DNA of 64,000 nt from Candidatus Eiseniibacteriota bacterium (GTDB taxonomy: Bacteria > Eisenbacteria > RBG-16-71-46 > CAIMUX01 > VGJL01): NCBI GenBank assembly GCA_963792585.1, contig CAWBWI010000006.1:608001-672000 (forward strand). The letters are read 5' to 3'. The notes under the pieces were generated by a model that saw nothing but the letters and a program-made list of their open reading frames with translations, did not search any database and was not told the origin of the DNA. Positions 1 through 12,131 of this stretch are shown here, in pieces. Made by a program: the position numbers and the translations under genes. The first letter of the stretch is position 1; each line of letters starts with the position of its first letter.

Positions 1-2071
1 GCAGCCGCCACGCCTCGCGGAACATCTGCGTCCACTCGTCGCCTGGCACGATTCCGACCCGAACGCGATCCATGTCGAGCCATCCCGACTCGCGGCCCGG
101 CATATCGCCGTTCTGCTTCTGCTCCACCTTGTAGGTGGACGGGAGGACGCGGACCTTGTTGCCCGAACGGATCGCCAGCACCTTCGTGTCCTGCGAAACG
201 GTGAATCCGTTGATCTTCTCGTGCACCGTCTCGAGCTTCACCGCCTCGAGATCCCAGGCCTCGAGCCGCGCACGGGCGGCCGGCTCTCCCGCCTCGTACC
301 AGGTCGCGTCCAAGGTTCCCTCGATCGGCATGGATGAGAAGAAGACGCGACCGCGGGCGCCGAGGACGCCGAGATAGCGACCCTCGGGCACCGGGAACGC
401 GACGACGCGGTCCTCGATTCCATCGAAGTCGATCTCCACCTTGTACGGCCCCCTTGGGGGCTCCGGCTTCTCTTTTGCGGCGGGATGCAGACCGTTGGTA
501 CCCGGCGCGCGCGCCGGGCGGGTCGCGCTCGGGAAAGGGGAGACGGTGTCGCGGCGCAGGGGCAGCAGGAACGGCTGGGAACCCTTCGGGAAGCCCAGGT
601 CGAAGAACAGGGCATCGTGAACCGGATCGAAGATCCGCGTGGAGATGAAGTAGAGGTACTTGCCCTCCGGATCGAATGCCGGCGCCTCGTCGAAGAAATC
701 GGGGCGCGTGACCGGGGTGACCTTCCCGGTCGTGGCATCGAGGATGTGGATCCGCGAGGCGCGCCGCGCGCACGGGAAGCTGTAGGCGAGCCAGCGTCCG
801 TCGGGCGACCAGGCCAGCCCCTCGATCCGCCGGAAGGGGCTCTTCTCGACCTGGATCCGCTTGCCGGTCTTGAGGTCGACCAGGATCAGCTCCTGGCGCT
901 GGTTGGTGAGCGCGAGGCGCTCGGGACCCGTGGGCGCGATCGCGATCTCGAGGGCGCGACCGAAGTCCCCCTGGATGATCTTCCGCTCCCCCGGGCGTTC
1001 CACGGATAGGATCGCGATCGCTTCCTCCCCCGGCGCGTCGGTGACGGCGACGACCCGCTTGCCGTCCGGCATCCACTGCGCGAGACGGAACCGCGCGCCG
1101 TCCGCTCCCGCGAGTTTCGTTGCCGCCCCCTCCCAGTTGTTCATCGCGAAGACCGCGCCCCGGTGCACGCTCGTGATCGCGTGCCCCTTGGGGTGGAGCG
1201 CGAAGCTCTCGAAGGCGCGGGCGCCGCTCACGAACTTTCGGTTTCGCTGGCTGCGTGTGCTGTGGAAAGCGACCGTGACCTTCGCCGCAACGCCGGTCGC
1301 GGGGTCAAAGGTGTAGAGGTCCGCGCCCGCGTGGTACGCGATCCGCCGGCCGTCGGTGTTCGGATAGCGAACGTAGAAGTCCTCGTGGTCGGTGTGGCGG
1401 CGCAGATCCCGTCCGGTCGGCGTGCAGGAGTAGAGGTTGCCGCAGCCCTCGTGGTCGGAGAGGAAGTAGATGCGCGAGCCGATCCACATCGGGCTGGCCA
1501 GATTGCCGCGGAGCTTGACGAGTTGCGTGAACGACCCATCTCCCGTCCGATCGATCCACAGGGTGCCGGCCGTGCCGCCGCGATAGCGCTTCCAGCGGGC
1601 GGGATCCCCCGAGTTGCGCCCGATCACGACCCCTTTGCCCTCGGGCTCGAGGGTGATCGACTTGGCGGGACCGAAGCGCAGCGCATTCGGCGATCCCCCG
1701 TCGGCGGGGATCGCGTAGAGGTGGCTGTAATTCATGAACGGCTGCCGCCAGTCGCTCGAAAAGAGGACGGCCGTGCCGGCCCTGTTCCATCCCGCGACCT
1801 GGCACATCTGCCCGAGCCAGGTCAGCCTCCGCGGCGCGCCGCCCAGGGAGTCCATCACATAGACCTCGGGCGGCCCGTCGTCGCGACCGGTGAACGCGAT
1901 CTTCGATCCGTCGGGCGAGAAGGAGGGGAACGAGATCGTCCCCGGACTCGCCGTCAATCGACGCGCGACGCCTCCCGCGGCCGGGACGGACCAGAGATCC
2001 TCCTCGCAGACGAAGACGATCGTGTCCCCGTGAATGGTGGGATGGCGGTAGTAACCGGCCTCGCTTGGCAT
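1..2071 (-). CDS. Tricorn protease-like (peptidase S41) protein, N-terminal beta-propeller part; runs off the window
   Basis: Manual translation from CAT 2069-2071 with AAGGAGG RBS gives MPSEAGYYRHPTIHGDTIVFVCEEDLWSV; later WKRYRGGTAG and PD40-like repeats. Absent from the ORF track because its stop lies outside the window. Confidence 0.85.
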   Translation of the reverse strand, partial: MPSEAGYYRHPTIHGDTIVFVCEEDLWSVPAAGGVARRLTASPGTISFPSFSPDGSKIAFTGRDDGPPEVYVMDSLGGAPRRLTWLGQMCQVAGWNRAGTAVLFSSDWRQPFMNYSHLYAIPADGGSPNALRFGPAKSITLEPEGKGVVIGRNSGDPARWKRYRGGTAGTLWIDRTGDGSFTQLVKLRGNLASPMWIGSRIYFLSDHEGCGNLYSCTPTGRDLRRHTDHEDFYVRYPNTDGRRIAYHAGADLYTFDPATGVAAKVTVAFHSTRSQRNRKFVSGARAFESFALHPKGHAITSVHRGAVFAMNNWEGAATKLAGADGARFRLAQWMPDGKRVVAVTDAPGEEAIAILSVERPGERKIIQGDFGRALEIAIAPTGPERLALTNQRQELILVDLKTGKRIQVEKSPFRRIEGLAWSPDGRWLAYSFPCARRASRIHILDATTGKVTPVTRPDFFDEAPAFDPEGKYLYFISTRIFDPVHDALFFDLGFPKGSQPFLLPLRRDTVSPFPSATRPARAPGTNGLHPAAKEKPEPPRGPYKVEIDFDGIEDRVVAFPVPEGRYLGVLGARGRVFFSSMPIEGTLDATWYEAGEPAARARLEAWDLEAVKLETVHEKINGFTVSQDTKVLAIRSGNKVRVLPSTYKVEQKQNGDMPGRESGWLDMDRVRVGIVPGDEWTQMFREAWRL

Positions 2072-2247
2072 GTGTAATCCTCCTTGGTTCACCCCGGGCG
2101 GGCGCCGCGGATCAACGGGATCCCGAATACGCAACGTTTCCGCGGCGCACAGTCGTTGATCCTACTATGGGCGGGGGTTTGGGTTCCAGAGATCGGGGGC
2201 GCCGACGACTGCGATCCCCCGCGCCGCCATCGCCCCGACACGAACGA

Positions 2248-2691
2248 TCATTCCCGTAAGAGCTTACCGATCTTCGCCACCAACTGGTCCCGGAGCGACC
2301 GGAACACTTCGAGACGGACGGCCTCCGGCCCCTCGACGGCCGCGGGGTCCGGGAACCCCCAATCCAGCCGGCGGACGTCCCCCAGGAAGACCGGGCAGAC
2401 CTCCTCCGAGCAGAGCGTGATCACGAGGTCGATCGCATCGTGAGGAATCTGGGATACGGGCTTGGATTGCGCACCCGCGATGTCGATGCCGATCTCGGCG
2501 AGAACCCGGACGGCCAGCGGGTTCACCGCCCGCGGCACGGAGCCGGCCGAGAAGACCCTCACGCCGGACGGAGCCAGGGAACGCGCGATTCCCTCCGCCA
2601 TCTGGCTACGTGCCGAGTTGGCCACGCATAGGAAGAGGATCCCCCGGGGGGGCGACCCAGGGAGTGGCTCGGGCTTGCCCGTCCTGTTCAT
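2248..2691 (-). CDS. arsC: Thioredoxin-dependent arsenate reductase / LMW-PTP family
   Basis: ILFLCVANSARSQMAEG active-site loop and DPA motif. Confidence 0.85.
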   Translation of the reverse strand: MNRTGKPEPLPGSPPRGILFLCVANSARSQMAEGIARSLAPSGVRVFSAGSVPRAVNPLAVRVLAEIGIDIAGAQSKPVSQIPHDAIDLVITLCSEEVCPVFLGDVRRLDWGFPDPAAVEGPEAVRLEVFRSLRDQLVAKIGKLLRE

Positions 2692-2816
2692 GCGGGGATC
2701 TTACCAGCGACGCGGCCGGACACAAGTCGAGTGCGCTCCGGCGCCCCGGAATCTGTGGTAACGTTCCCAACCGCAGGCGGATTCCGCCGACACCCCGAGA
2801 TGCCAAGGAGGCCGAG

Positions 2817-3317
2817 ATGGTTCACTCGATCGATGAGTTCCTGTCGAGCTGGAAATTCGAATCGGACGCGACCCTGAAGATCCTGGACGTGCTGACCGAC
2901 GCCTCCCTCGCCCAGAAGGTGACGCCCGAAGGGCGGTCCCTCGGCAGGCTGGGCTGGCACGTCACCCTCGCCCCCGGCGAGATGCTCCGCCATGCGGGGA
3001 TGGCCTTCGACGGGCCGCCGGATGATGCGCTCGTCCCGAAGACGGCGCGCGAGATCCACGATACGTACAAGCGGTCGTGCGAGACCCTCGTCGCTGCCCT
3101 GCCCAAGGCGTGGACCGATGCGATGCTCTCCGAGAAGATCCCCATGTACGGTCAAGAGTGGCCCCGCGGCATGGTCCTCTCGGTTCTCATGGTGCATCAG
3201 ACCCACCATCGCGGCCAGATGACGGTCCTGATGCGCCAGGCCGGCCTCCGTGTGCCCGGGATCTACGGACCCGCCAAGGAGGACTGGGCCTCGATGAACA
3301 TGCCGCCCCAGGAGTAG
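2817..3317 (+). CDS. DinB family protein
   Basis: AAGGAGG RBS; HQTHHRGQMTVLMRQAG motif. Confidence 0.85.
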   Translation: MVHSIDEFLSSWKFESDATLKILDVLTDASLAQKVTPEGRSLGRLGWHVTLAPGEMLRHAGMAFDGPPDDALVPKTAREIHDTYKRSCETLVAALPKAWTDAMLSEKIPMYGQEWPRGMVLSVLMVHQTHHRGQMTVLMRQAGLRVPGIYGPAKEDWASMNMPPQE

Positions 3318-3368
3318 GGAAACGCCGGGGGAACGATCCGGATGGAGACTCCACGGAAGGAGGTATCG

Positions 3369-3872
3369 ATGAAGCGCCGCACCACCGCACTCGTGATTCT
3401 CTTCGCGCTGGCAGCGATCCTGATCCTGCTGGCGCAAGCGAACATCCATGCCGGCCCCGCGCCCCAGGCGGACGCGCGGGAAGTCCTCATGAAGGCCGAC
3501 GCGGACTTCGACGCCGCGGTCGCCGCGAAGGGGATCGAAGCGTGGGTCGCCAGTTTCGCGGAGGACGGTTTGATGTTCCGGGCCGGCGAGCCCGTTCGTG
3601 GAAGGGCCGCGATCCGCGAGCTGATGGCCCCCGCGTTCGCGACGCCGGGCTTCTCCCTTCGCTGGCAGCCGGTCGCTGCTGACATCGCCGTTTCGGGTGA
3701 CCTGGGTTATACATACGGAACCTACCAGAACAGCTCCCCGGGAGCGGACGGCAAGCCGGAGGTGCGGACCGGAATGTACGTCACGATCTGGAAGAAGCAG
3801 GCGGACGGATCGTGGAAGGCGGTCGTCGATCTGGGGAGCTCGGCGCCCCCGGCGGAGCCGAAGAAAAACTGA
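3369..3872 (+). CDS. Secreted NTF2-like (DUF4440/SnoaL-like) protein
   Basis: Signal peptide; SGDLGYTYG...GMYVTIWKKQADGSWK. Confidence 0.8.
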   Translation: MKRRTTALVILFALAAILILLAQANIHAGPAPQADAREVLMKADADFDAAVAAKGIEAWVASFAEDGLMFRAGEPVRGRAAIRELMAPAFATPGFSLRWQPVAADIAVSGDLGYTYGTYQNSSPGADGKPEVRTGMYVTIWKKQADGSWKAVVDLGSSAPPAEPKKN

Positions 3873-4077
3873 GGGGCGCGGGTGCTCCGGAGCGCCCGGG
3901 AGTGCTCACGAACCTGGGCGGGCGCCTCCGAACGCCCAGACAGTCGCGGACGATGCCGCATTTCGACACGCGTCCCGGTCAACGCAGGAATTCGACTACC
4001 GCGAATACGGCCGCGGTGCGACGTTCATCCCGATAGTGCAGAAAACCACTCAACCGGCCGCGATCGCGAGGTGCTCC

Positions 4078-4509
4078 ATGGGCGTGAATCCCATTCCCGA
4101 TCGATACCACACCGTTACCCCCTATCTCGTCTGCAACGGACTGCCCAAGCTGCTCGACTTCCTCGCGACCGCTTTTGACGCGGTCGAGGTGGAGCGAGCG
4201 CTGGATGGCGACGGCCGCGTGATGCACGCGGAGGCGAAGATCGGTGACTCGATCATCATGATGGGCGAGGCGAGGGAAGAGTACCCGCCGGTCATGACGT
4301 CCCTCTACCTGTACGTCGCGAACACGGACGCGACCTACAAGCGCGCGCTCGATGCCGGCGCGACCTCGATCATGGAACCGGCCGATCAGTTCTACGGAGA
4401 CCGCAACGCCGGCGTGATCGACCCCTCGGGCAATCGCTGGTGGATCGCCACGCACATCGAGGATGTGTCGCCGGAGGAGTTGGCGCGCAGGGCCAGGGAG
4501 CGGAAGTAG
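4078..4509 (+). CDS. VOC/PhnB glyoxalase family protein
   Basis: VTPYL...HAEAKIGDS...DQFYGDR...DPSGNRWWIATH. Confidence 0.85.
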   Translation: MGVNPIPDRYHTVTPYLVCNGLPKLLDFLATAFDAVEVERALDGDGRVMHAEAKIGDSIIMMGEAREEYPPVMTSLYLYVANTDATYKRALDAGATSIMEPADQFYGDRNAGVIDPSGNRWWIATHIEDVSPEELARRARERK

Positions 4510-4549
4510 GCGGAGACTGCGCGGCGGGCGTCACCCGCCGCGCGATCCT

Positions 4550-6610
<2,061 letters not shown>

Positions 6611-6776
6611 CGGGCCTCCTTGGACGGCGGGAACTCCCGCGCCTCCAGTCCAGTGGATGCGAATCGAGCGCACCTACTTAATTGTCGGCGGCCGTCCGCC
6701 TGGCAGTACGCGGCGCGGAACGCGTAATGCTATCACGCTCCGCAGCATCTTCTCGGAAGGAAACGGAAAAAAGGTC

Positions 6777-6806
6777 TTGGCACGTGCTTATGCAGATCTG
6801 TATATT
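6777..6806 (+). promoter_or_regulatory. Candidate sigma70 promoter for the leader/ABC operon
   Basis: TTGGCA-18-TATATT in an AT-rich patch. Confidence 0.4.
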
Positions 6807-6848
6807 TCCCCCAAGTTCGTTCACGAAAGGAAGGTCTGCGACGTGAAG

Positions 6849-6917
6849 ATGAGCATCTGCCTCTATAGGACGCTGGCTCGATTCCCTAAGGGAGTCGTTC
6901 CAAGAGCGGGTGCATAG
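6849..6917 (+). CDS. Putative 22-aa leader peptide MSICLYRTLARFPKGVVPRAGA
   Basis: Short ORF upstream of a terminator; its 3' end contains the anti-terminator-like segment GAGCGGGT. Confidence 0.5.
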   Translation: MSICLYRTLARFPKGVVPRAGA

Positions 6918-6942
6918 CACGCTGACCTAGAGTCACCCTGCA

Positions 6943-6978
6943 AACCCGCTCACCAGCCGCGAGCGGGTTCTTCGTTTC
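6943..6978 (+). terminator. Attenuator-type intrinsic terminator upstream of ABC genes
   Basis: AACCCGCTC-9nt-GAGCGGGTT followed by CTTCGTTTC. Confidence 0.6.
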
Positions 6979-7071
6979 CAGCCCGAAATCGTTTCCGGAA
7001 GACCACCCACTCGTTGCTGAGCACCGACACCGATACTCGTTCGTACCGGGACTTCGCGAAGGAAGGGTGAG

Positions 7072-8904
7072 ATGACCTCGAAATACCGACTGATCTGGCA
7101 TCTGATGGAAGGCCAGCGTCTCCGATACGCCATCGCCATCGGCGCGCTCGTGCTCGGCTCATGCGTCATGTACTTGGTGCCGCTCGTGCCGCAGGTCGTG
7201 ATCGACGGCATCCTTGTCGACTCCGACGGGAAAGCCTCGGAGATGGTTCGGCGCGCCGTAGAGTTGGGCGGCGGCCGAGAATACCTGCGCGCGCACCTCT
7301 GGATCGCCGCCACCGTGCTCGTGGGACTCACAGCGATCGCCGGCGCCCTCACGTACATCCGCACCCGGTGGTCAGCGATGGCGAGCGAGGGGATCGTCGT
7401 GCGGGTCCGCGACCGGCTCTACGACCAGATCCAGCACCTGCCGTGCGCCCACCACGACAAGGCGGCGACGGGCGATCAGGTCCAGCGCTGCACCTCGGAT
7501 GTCGAGACGTTCCGGCAGTTCCTGGCCAACCAGGTGGTCGAGATCGGCCGGGCCGTCATCATGATGATCGTCCCGATCCCGCTCATGCTCGCGCTCGATC
7601 CTCGGATGACGCTCGTATCGGTTCTCGTGATCCCTCCGATCGTCATCTTCTCGATCGTCTTCTTCCGCAGGGTGCGTTCGGCCTTCAAGCAGGTCGACGA
7701 GGCGGAGGGAAAGATGACGAGCACGCTTCAGGAGAACCTGACCGGCATCCGGGTGGTGCGGGCCTTCGCCCGGCAGGACTATGAGAAGGAGAAGTTCGAG
7801 GCGCGCAACGCCGTCCATCGGGACCTCGACTTCCGGCTCTACAAGCTGATGGCCTGGTACTGGTCGACATCGGACCTGATGTGCATGGGACAGAAGGCGC
7901 TCGTCCTCGCGGCAGGCGGCTACTGGCTCGCGACCGGACAGCTCAAGGTCGGGGCGTTCTACTTCTTCCTGGCCGTGGTGAACATGTTCATCTGGCCGGT
8001 GCGGATGATGGGACGGATCTTGACCGAGCTGGGCAAGGCGACCGTGTCGATCGGCCGCATCGGGGAGATTCTCGAGAAGGAACGCGAGACCGACCCGGTC
8101 AAGACGGAGGTCGGAACCGTCGCCGGGCGACGCGGCGAGGTCGTCTTCGAGCGTGTGCTCTTCCACCATGGCGGGGAGAAGCACATTCTGGACGATATAT
8201 CGTTCCGCATAAGCCCGGGGCAGAGCGTGGCGCTGCTGGGTCCGTCCGGAGCGGGCAAATCGACGATCGTGAACCTGCTCCTGCGCTTCTACGATCCGGA
8301 ATCGGGCGTTATCCGGCTCAACGGCCAGGATATTGGCACCATGGAGCGCAAGGCGGTGCGATCCCAGATCGCCGTCGTGATGCAGGAGCCGTTCCTCTAT
8401 TCGAAGACGCTGCGGGAGAACATCCGCCTCGGACGGCAGAGCGCCCCCGAGGAGGAGATCAAGGAGGCCGCATCCATGGCCTGCGTCCACGCATCGATCC
8501 TCGAGTTCGAGAAGGGCTACGACACGCTCGTCGGCGAGCGCGGCGTGACCCTCTCGGGGGGACAGCGGCAGCGGGTCGCAATCGCGCGCGCGCTTCTCGG
8601 AGAGACGCCGATCCTGATCCTCGACGACGCCCTGAGCGCCGTCGACACGGAGACCGAATCGCTTGTCCTCGAGGCGTTGGCGCGCCGGCGCGGGAAGCAC
8701 ACGACGATCGTGATCGCCCACCGCCTGTCGACCCTGATGAGCGCCGACCGGATCCTCGTGCTCGACCATGGGCGCTTGATCCAGGAAGGGACGCACGCGA
8801 GCCTCCTCGGGGAGGACGGTCTCTACCGGCGCCTCTGGGATATACAGAACGAGGTCGAAACGGATCTCGTGAACGAGATAAGAGCCGCGGGAGTGGCGAG
8901 ATGA
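7072..8904 (+). CDS. ABC exporter subunit 1 (TMD+NBD, MdlA/TmrA-like)
   Basis: GPSGAGKST, LSGGQRQR, non-canonical Walker B ILILDD. Confidence 0.9.
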   Translation: MTSKYRLIWHLMEGQRLRYAIAIGALVLGSCVMYLVPLVPQVVIDGILVDSDGKASEMVRRAVELGGGREYLRAHLWIAATVLVGLTAIAGALTYIRTRWSAMASEGIVVRVRDRLYDQIQHLPCAHHDKAATGDQVQRCTSDVETFRQFLANQVVEIGRAVIMMIVPIPLMLALDPRMTLVSVLVIPPIVIFSIVFFRRVRSAFKQVDEAEGKMTSTLQENLTGIRVVRAFARQDYEKEKFEARNAVHRDLDFRLYKLMAWYWSTSDLMCMGQKALVLAAGGYWLATGQLKVGAFYFFLAVVNMFIWPVRMMGRILTELGKATVSIGRIGEILEKERETDPVKTEVGTVAGRRGEVVFERVLFHHGGEKHILDDISFRISPGQSVALLGPSGAGKSTIVNLLLRFYDPESGVIRLNGQDIGTMERKAVRSQIAVVMQEPFLYSKTLRENIRLGRQSAPEEEIKEAASMACVHASILEFEKGYDTLVGERGVTLSGGQRQRVAIARALLGETPILILDDALSAVDTETESLVLEALARRRGKHTTIVIAHRLSTLMSADRILVLDHGRLIQEGTHASLLGEDGLYRRLWDIQNEVETDLVNEIRAAGVAR

Positions 8905-9055
8905 GCCGGGGCTGCCGGCTCGCCGCCGGAGATGAATTGAACGGCAGGGCCCCCGGCTCGCCGTTGAGACGCGTCGAACTGGCTGCACCTGCAGCGTTGT
9001 GGAGACGCGTCGGGCCGGCAACACTCAACGCGTCATTGAATAGGCAGGTCTGTAT

Positions 9056-10915
9056 ATGAGCGACTTTGAATTCCAAGAAGAGGATTACAAGAAGAGGCTC
9101 GACCCCGGTCTCTGGAAGCGGATCCTGGCGCATGCGCGCCCGTATCGCCGCGCGCTGGCCGGGCTCGCCATCGCCGGCGTGGTCGTCGCGGCAGTGGACG
9201 CGCTGCTTCCGATGGTCACCGGCCTGGTGATCGACGAGGCCGTCCAGAACGGCCCCGGCGCGAAACTCTGGGAGTACTGCCTCCAGTATCTCGCGCTCGT
9301 CACGCTGATGGCCGCGATGGTCTGGTTCTTCATCGTCATGGCCGGACGCGCCGCCACCGGGTTCGCGTACGACCTCCGCAAGGCCGGCTTCGCCCGGCTC
9401 CAGGAGCTGTCGTTCTCGTACTACGATCGGAGACCGGTCGGATGGCTGCTCTCGAGGATCACCTCCGACTGCGATCGGGTCTCGGGCATCATCCCGTGGT
9501 TCCTGCTCGACCTCGTCTGGGGAACGTCTCTGATCATCGGCGTCAGCATCATGATGCTGCGGCTCCATCCGGGGCTCGCCCTGCTGGTGATGGCGACCCT
9601 GCCGCCGCTCGTGATCGTCAGCGTGATCTTCCAGAGGAAGCTCTTGCGCAGCCAGCGTGAGATGCGCAAGACGAACTCGAAGATCACGGCCAGCTTCAAC
9701 GAGGAGATGATGGGGGTGAGGACGACCAAGACGCTCGTCCGCGAGGAGGCGAACCTCGGCGAGTTCCGCGCGCTCTCCGGCGAGATGTACCGGCACTCGA
9801 TGCGCAACGCCATGCAGGCCGCGATCTACCTTCCGATCGTGATCACCATCGGGAGCGTCGGCGTGGGCTTATCGCTGTGGCGGGGTGGCGTGGATATCTC
9901 CGCGGGCGCCCTCGGCGCGGCGATTGGCGGGCTCACGGGCGGGAACGGGGCCCCGATGAGCCTCGGCACCCTCGTCGCCTTCATCCAGTACGCCGCGTTC
10001 TTCTACATGCCCGTCCAGGAGCTGTCCGAGCGGTTCACGCAGCTGCAGGCTGCGCAGGCAGCCGCCGAGCGGATTCAGGGGCTCCTCGACACCGTTCCGG
10101 AGATCCGGGACGGAGCGGATGCCGTGGATCCGGGCGAGGAGACGATCGGACAGATCGAATTCCACAATGTCTCCTTCCAGTACAAGGAAGGACAGACCGT
10201 CCTGAGGGATTTCGACCTGCGGGTCCACTCGGGCGAGACGATCGCCCTGGTCGGACCTACGGGCGGCGGGAAGAGCACGATCGTGAGCCTCATGTGCCGC
10301 TTCTACGAACCGACCGCGGGAGAGGTCCGGATCAACGGCGTCGACTATCGAAAGAGGAGCCTGCAGTGGCTGCAGTCCCAGCTCGGCGTGGTCCTGCAAA
10401 CGCCGCACCTCTTCAGCGGGAGCGTGAAGGAGAACATCCGGTACGGACGCCTCGACGCCACCGATGAGGAGGTGCTGGAGGCCGCCCGGCTCGTCAACGC
10501 CGACGGCTTCATCCAGGAGCTCGAGAACAAGTACGAGACCGACGTGGGCGAGGGCGGCAACCGGCTGTCGACCGGGCAGAAGCAGCTCGTCTCGCTCGCC
10601 CGGGCCGTGCTGGCCGATCCACAGATCTTCGTCATGGACGAGGCGACCTCATCGGTGGATACCGAGACCGAACGGCTCATCCAGGGGGCGATCGAGACCG
10701 TCCTCGAGGGCCGGATCAGTTTCGTCATCGCGCATCGGCTCTCGACGATCCGATCGGCGGACCGGATCCTTGTGATCGAAAAGGGACGAATCGTCGAGGA
10801 AGGGAATCATGAGGAACTGATCCGCCGCCGCGGGCATTACTATGGCCTGTACACGAATCAGTTCGCCCGCGAGGGGCAGGAACGGATCCTCGAGGAGGCA
10901 TCGAAGACGGCATAG
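9056..10915 (+). CDS. ABC exporter subunit 2 (TMD+NBD, MdlB-like)
   Basis: GPTGGGKST, degenerate signature LSTGQKQL, FVMDEATS; pattern of a heterodimeric exporter. Confidence 0.9.
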   Translation: MSDFEFQEEDYKKRLDPGLWKRILAHARPYRRALAGLAIAGVVVAAVDALLPMVTGLVIDEAVQNGPGAKLWEYCLQYLALVTLMAAMVWFFIVMAGRAATGFAYDLRKAGFARLQELSFSYYDRRPVGWLLSRITSDCDRVSGIIPWFLLDLVWGTSLIIGVSIMMLRLHPGLALLVMATLPPLVIVSVIFQRKLLRSQREMRKTNSKITASFNEEMMGVRTTKTLVREEANLGEFRALSGEMYRHSMRNAMQAAIYLPIVITIGSVGVGLSLWRGGVDISAGALGAAIGGLTGGNGAPMSLGTLVAFIQYAAFFYMPVQELSERFTQLQAAQAAAERIQGLLDTVPEIRDGADAVDPGEETIGQIEFHNVSFQYKEGQTVLRDFDLRVHSGETIALVGPTGGGKSTIVSLMCRFYEPTAGEVRINGVDYRKRSLQWLQSQLGVVLQTPHLFSGSVKENIRYGRLDATDEEVLEAARLVNADGFIQELENKYETDVGEGGNRLSTGQKQLVSLARAVLADPQIFVMDEATSSVDTETERLIQGAIETVLEGRISFVIAHRLSTIRSADRILVIEKGRIVEEGNHEELIRRRGHYYGLYTNQFAREGQERILEEASKTA

Positions 10916-10950
10916 GTCGCCGGCGTGGCGAGCCGCAGCGTCACGACCAT

Positions 10951-10987
10951 CGGACGGCGGAGGGAAACCTCTGCCGTCCGTTCTTTC
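10951..10987 (+). terminator. Intrinsic terminator after ABC operon
   Basis: CGGACGGCGGAGG-GAAA-CCTCTGCCGTCCG then TTCTTTC. Confidence 0.7.
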
Positions 10988-11015
10988 GGGCACGGCTCTG
11001 GCTCTCAGCTTCCGC

Positions 11016-12026
11016 ATGGAATCGAACCGTCCGCCCGACGACACCAGCGGGGCTCCCGGCGCCCCGAAGCCGAGACTTCTGGATCAGGTCCGCGGGGCGA
11101 TCCGCACCCTTCACTACAGCCGGCGCACGGAGAAGGCGTACATCGGCTGGATCCGCCGCTACATCTTCTTCCACAAGAAACGCCACCCCGCGGAAATGGG
11201 CGAGAAGGAGATCTCGGCCTACCTGACATACCTCGCCACGACCCGCAAGGTAAGCGCCTCGACCCAAACGCAGGCCCTCTCCGCGATCCTGTTCCTCTAC
11301 CGGCGTGTCCTCGAAAAGGATCTCGCGCAGATGAAGGACATCGTGCGGGCGAAGTCCAGTGTCCGGCTCCCCGTCGTGCTCAGCCGCGAGGAGGCCAGGA
11401 TTCTCGTCGGAGAACTGGCCGGAGTCGATCGGCTTCTAGCCATGATTCTCTATGGGACGGGGCTACGCCTGATGGAGTGTATGCGCCTACGGGTCAAGGA
11501 TATCGATTTCGACATGAATCAGATCGTCGTCCGCGCGGGCAAGGGAGGAAAGGACCGCGTCACCCTGCTCCCATCGGTCATAAAGGAGGAACTCCTGGCG
11601 CAGATCTCAAAGGTCGGGCGGCTCCACGCCAAGGATGTCGCCGGCGGCGCGGGTTGGGTGGAACTGCCACTGGCGCTCGACAACAAGTGGCCGACGGCGG
11701 GCCGCGAACTCGGTTGGCAATGGGTCTTCCCCGCGACGCGAACCTACGTCGAACCGCTGACAGGGCACCGGCGGCGACACCACAGGCACGAATCTGTGAT
11801 ACAGAGAGCCGTCAAGGAGGCCGCCCGCCGCGCAAGGATCAAGAAACCTGTGACCTGCCACACGCTTCGTCACTCATTTGCCACACGTCTCCTGGAACTG
11901 GGATACGACCCTCGGACCATCCAAGAACTGCTGGGTCACAGAAGCCTGGAGACAACGATGATCTATACCCACGTCCTGAACCGCGGTCCCCGCGGCGTTC
12001 ACAGCCCCGCGGATGACCTGCTCTGA
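11016..12026 (+). CDS. intI: Integron integrase (tyrosine recombinase)
   Basis: HYSRRTEKAY, VSASTQTQALSA, YGTGLR, GKGGKDR, IntI-specific insert VELPLALDNKWPTAGRELGWQWVFPA, HTLRHSFAT, LLGH...TMIYTHV. Confidence 0.97.
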   Translation: MESNRPPDDTSGAPGAPKPRLLDQVRGAIRTLHYSRRTEKAYIGWIRRYIFFHKKRHPAEMGEKEISAYLTYLATTRKVSASTQTQALSAILFLYRRVLEKDLAQMKDIVRAKSSVRLPVVLSREEARILVGELAGVDRLLAMILYGTGLRLMECMRLRVKDIDFDMNQIVVRAGKGGKDRVTLLPSVIKEELLAQISKVGRLHAKDVAGGAGWVELPLALDNKWPTAGRELGWQWVFPATRTYVEPLTGHRRRHHRHESVIQRAVKEAARRARIKKPVTCHTLRHSFATRLLELGYDPRTIQELLGHRSLETTMIYTHVLNRGPRGVHSPADDLL

Positions 12027-12084
12027 GCGACCCCCCTGGATTCGGCCGGCGGCTCGATGATCGGACAATCGCGCCGGACAAGGC

Positions 12085-12119
12085 TTGATCTCCATGGTGG
12101 TATGATAGATAATCATACC
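12085..12119 (+). promoter_or_regulatory. TA promoter with operator palindrome
   Basis: TTGATC-17-GATAAT overlapped by inverted repeat GGTATGAT-N5-ATCATACC. Confidence 0.6.
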
Positions 12120-12131
12120 GGAGGTCAACGC

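Noticed and set aside
135..2077. Plus-strand ORFs at the window start
   Set aside because: Shadow ORFs of the minus-strand tricorn-like gene in high-GC DNA.
8903..9035. Inverted repeats between the two ABC genes
   Set aside because: Single-copy, imperfect and without a U-tract; cannot be assigned as ncRNA or terminator.
10916..11015. SOS/LexA box upstream of intI
   Set aside because: No CTGT-N8-ACAG, GAAC-N4-GTTC or GTTC-N7-GTTC match seen.
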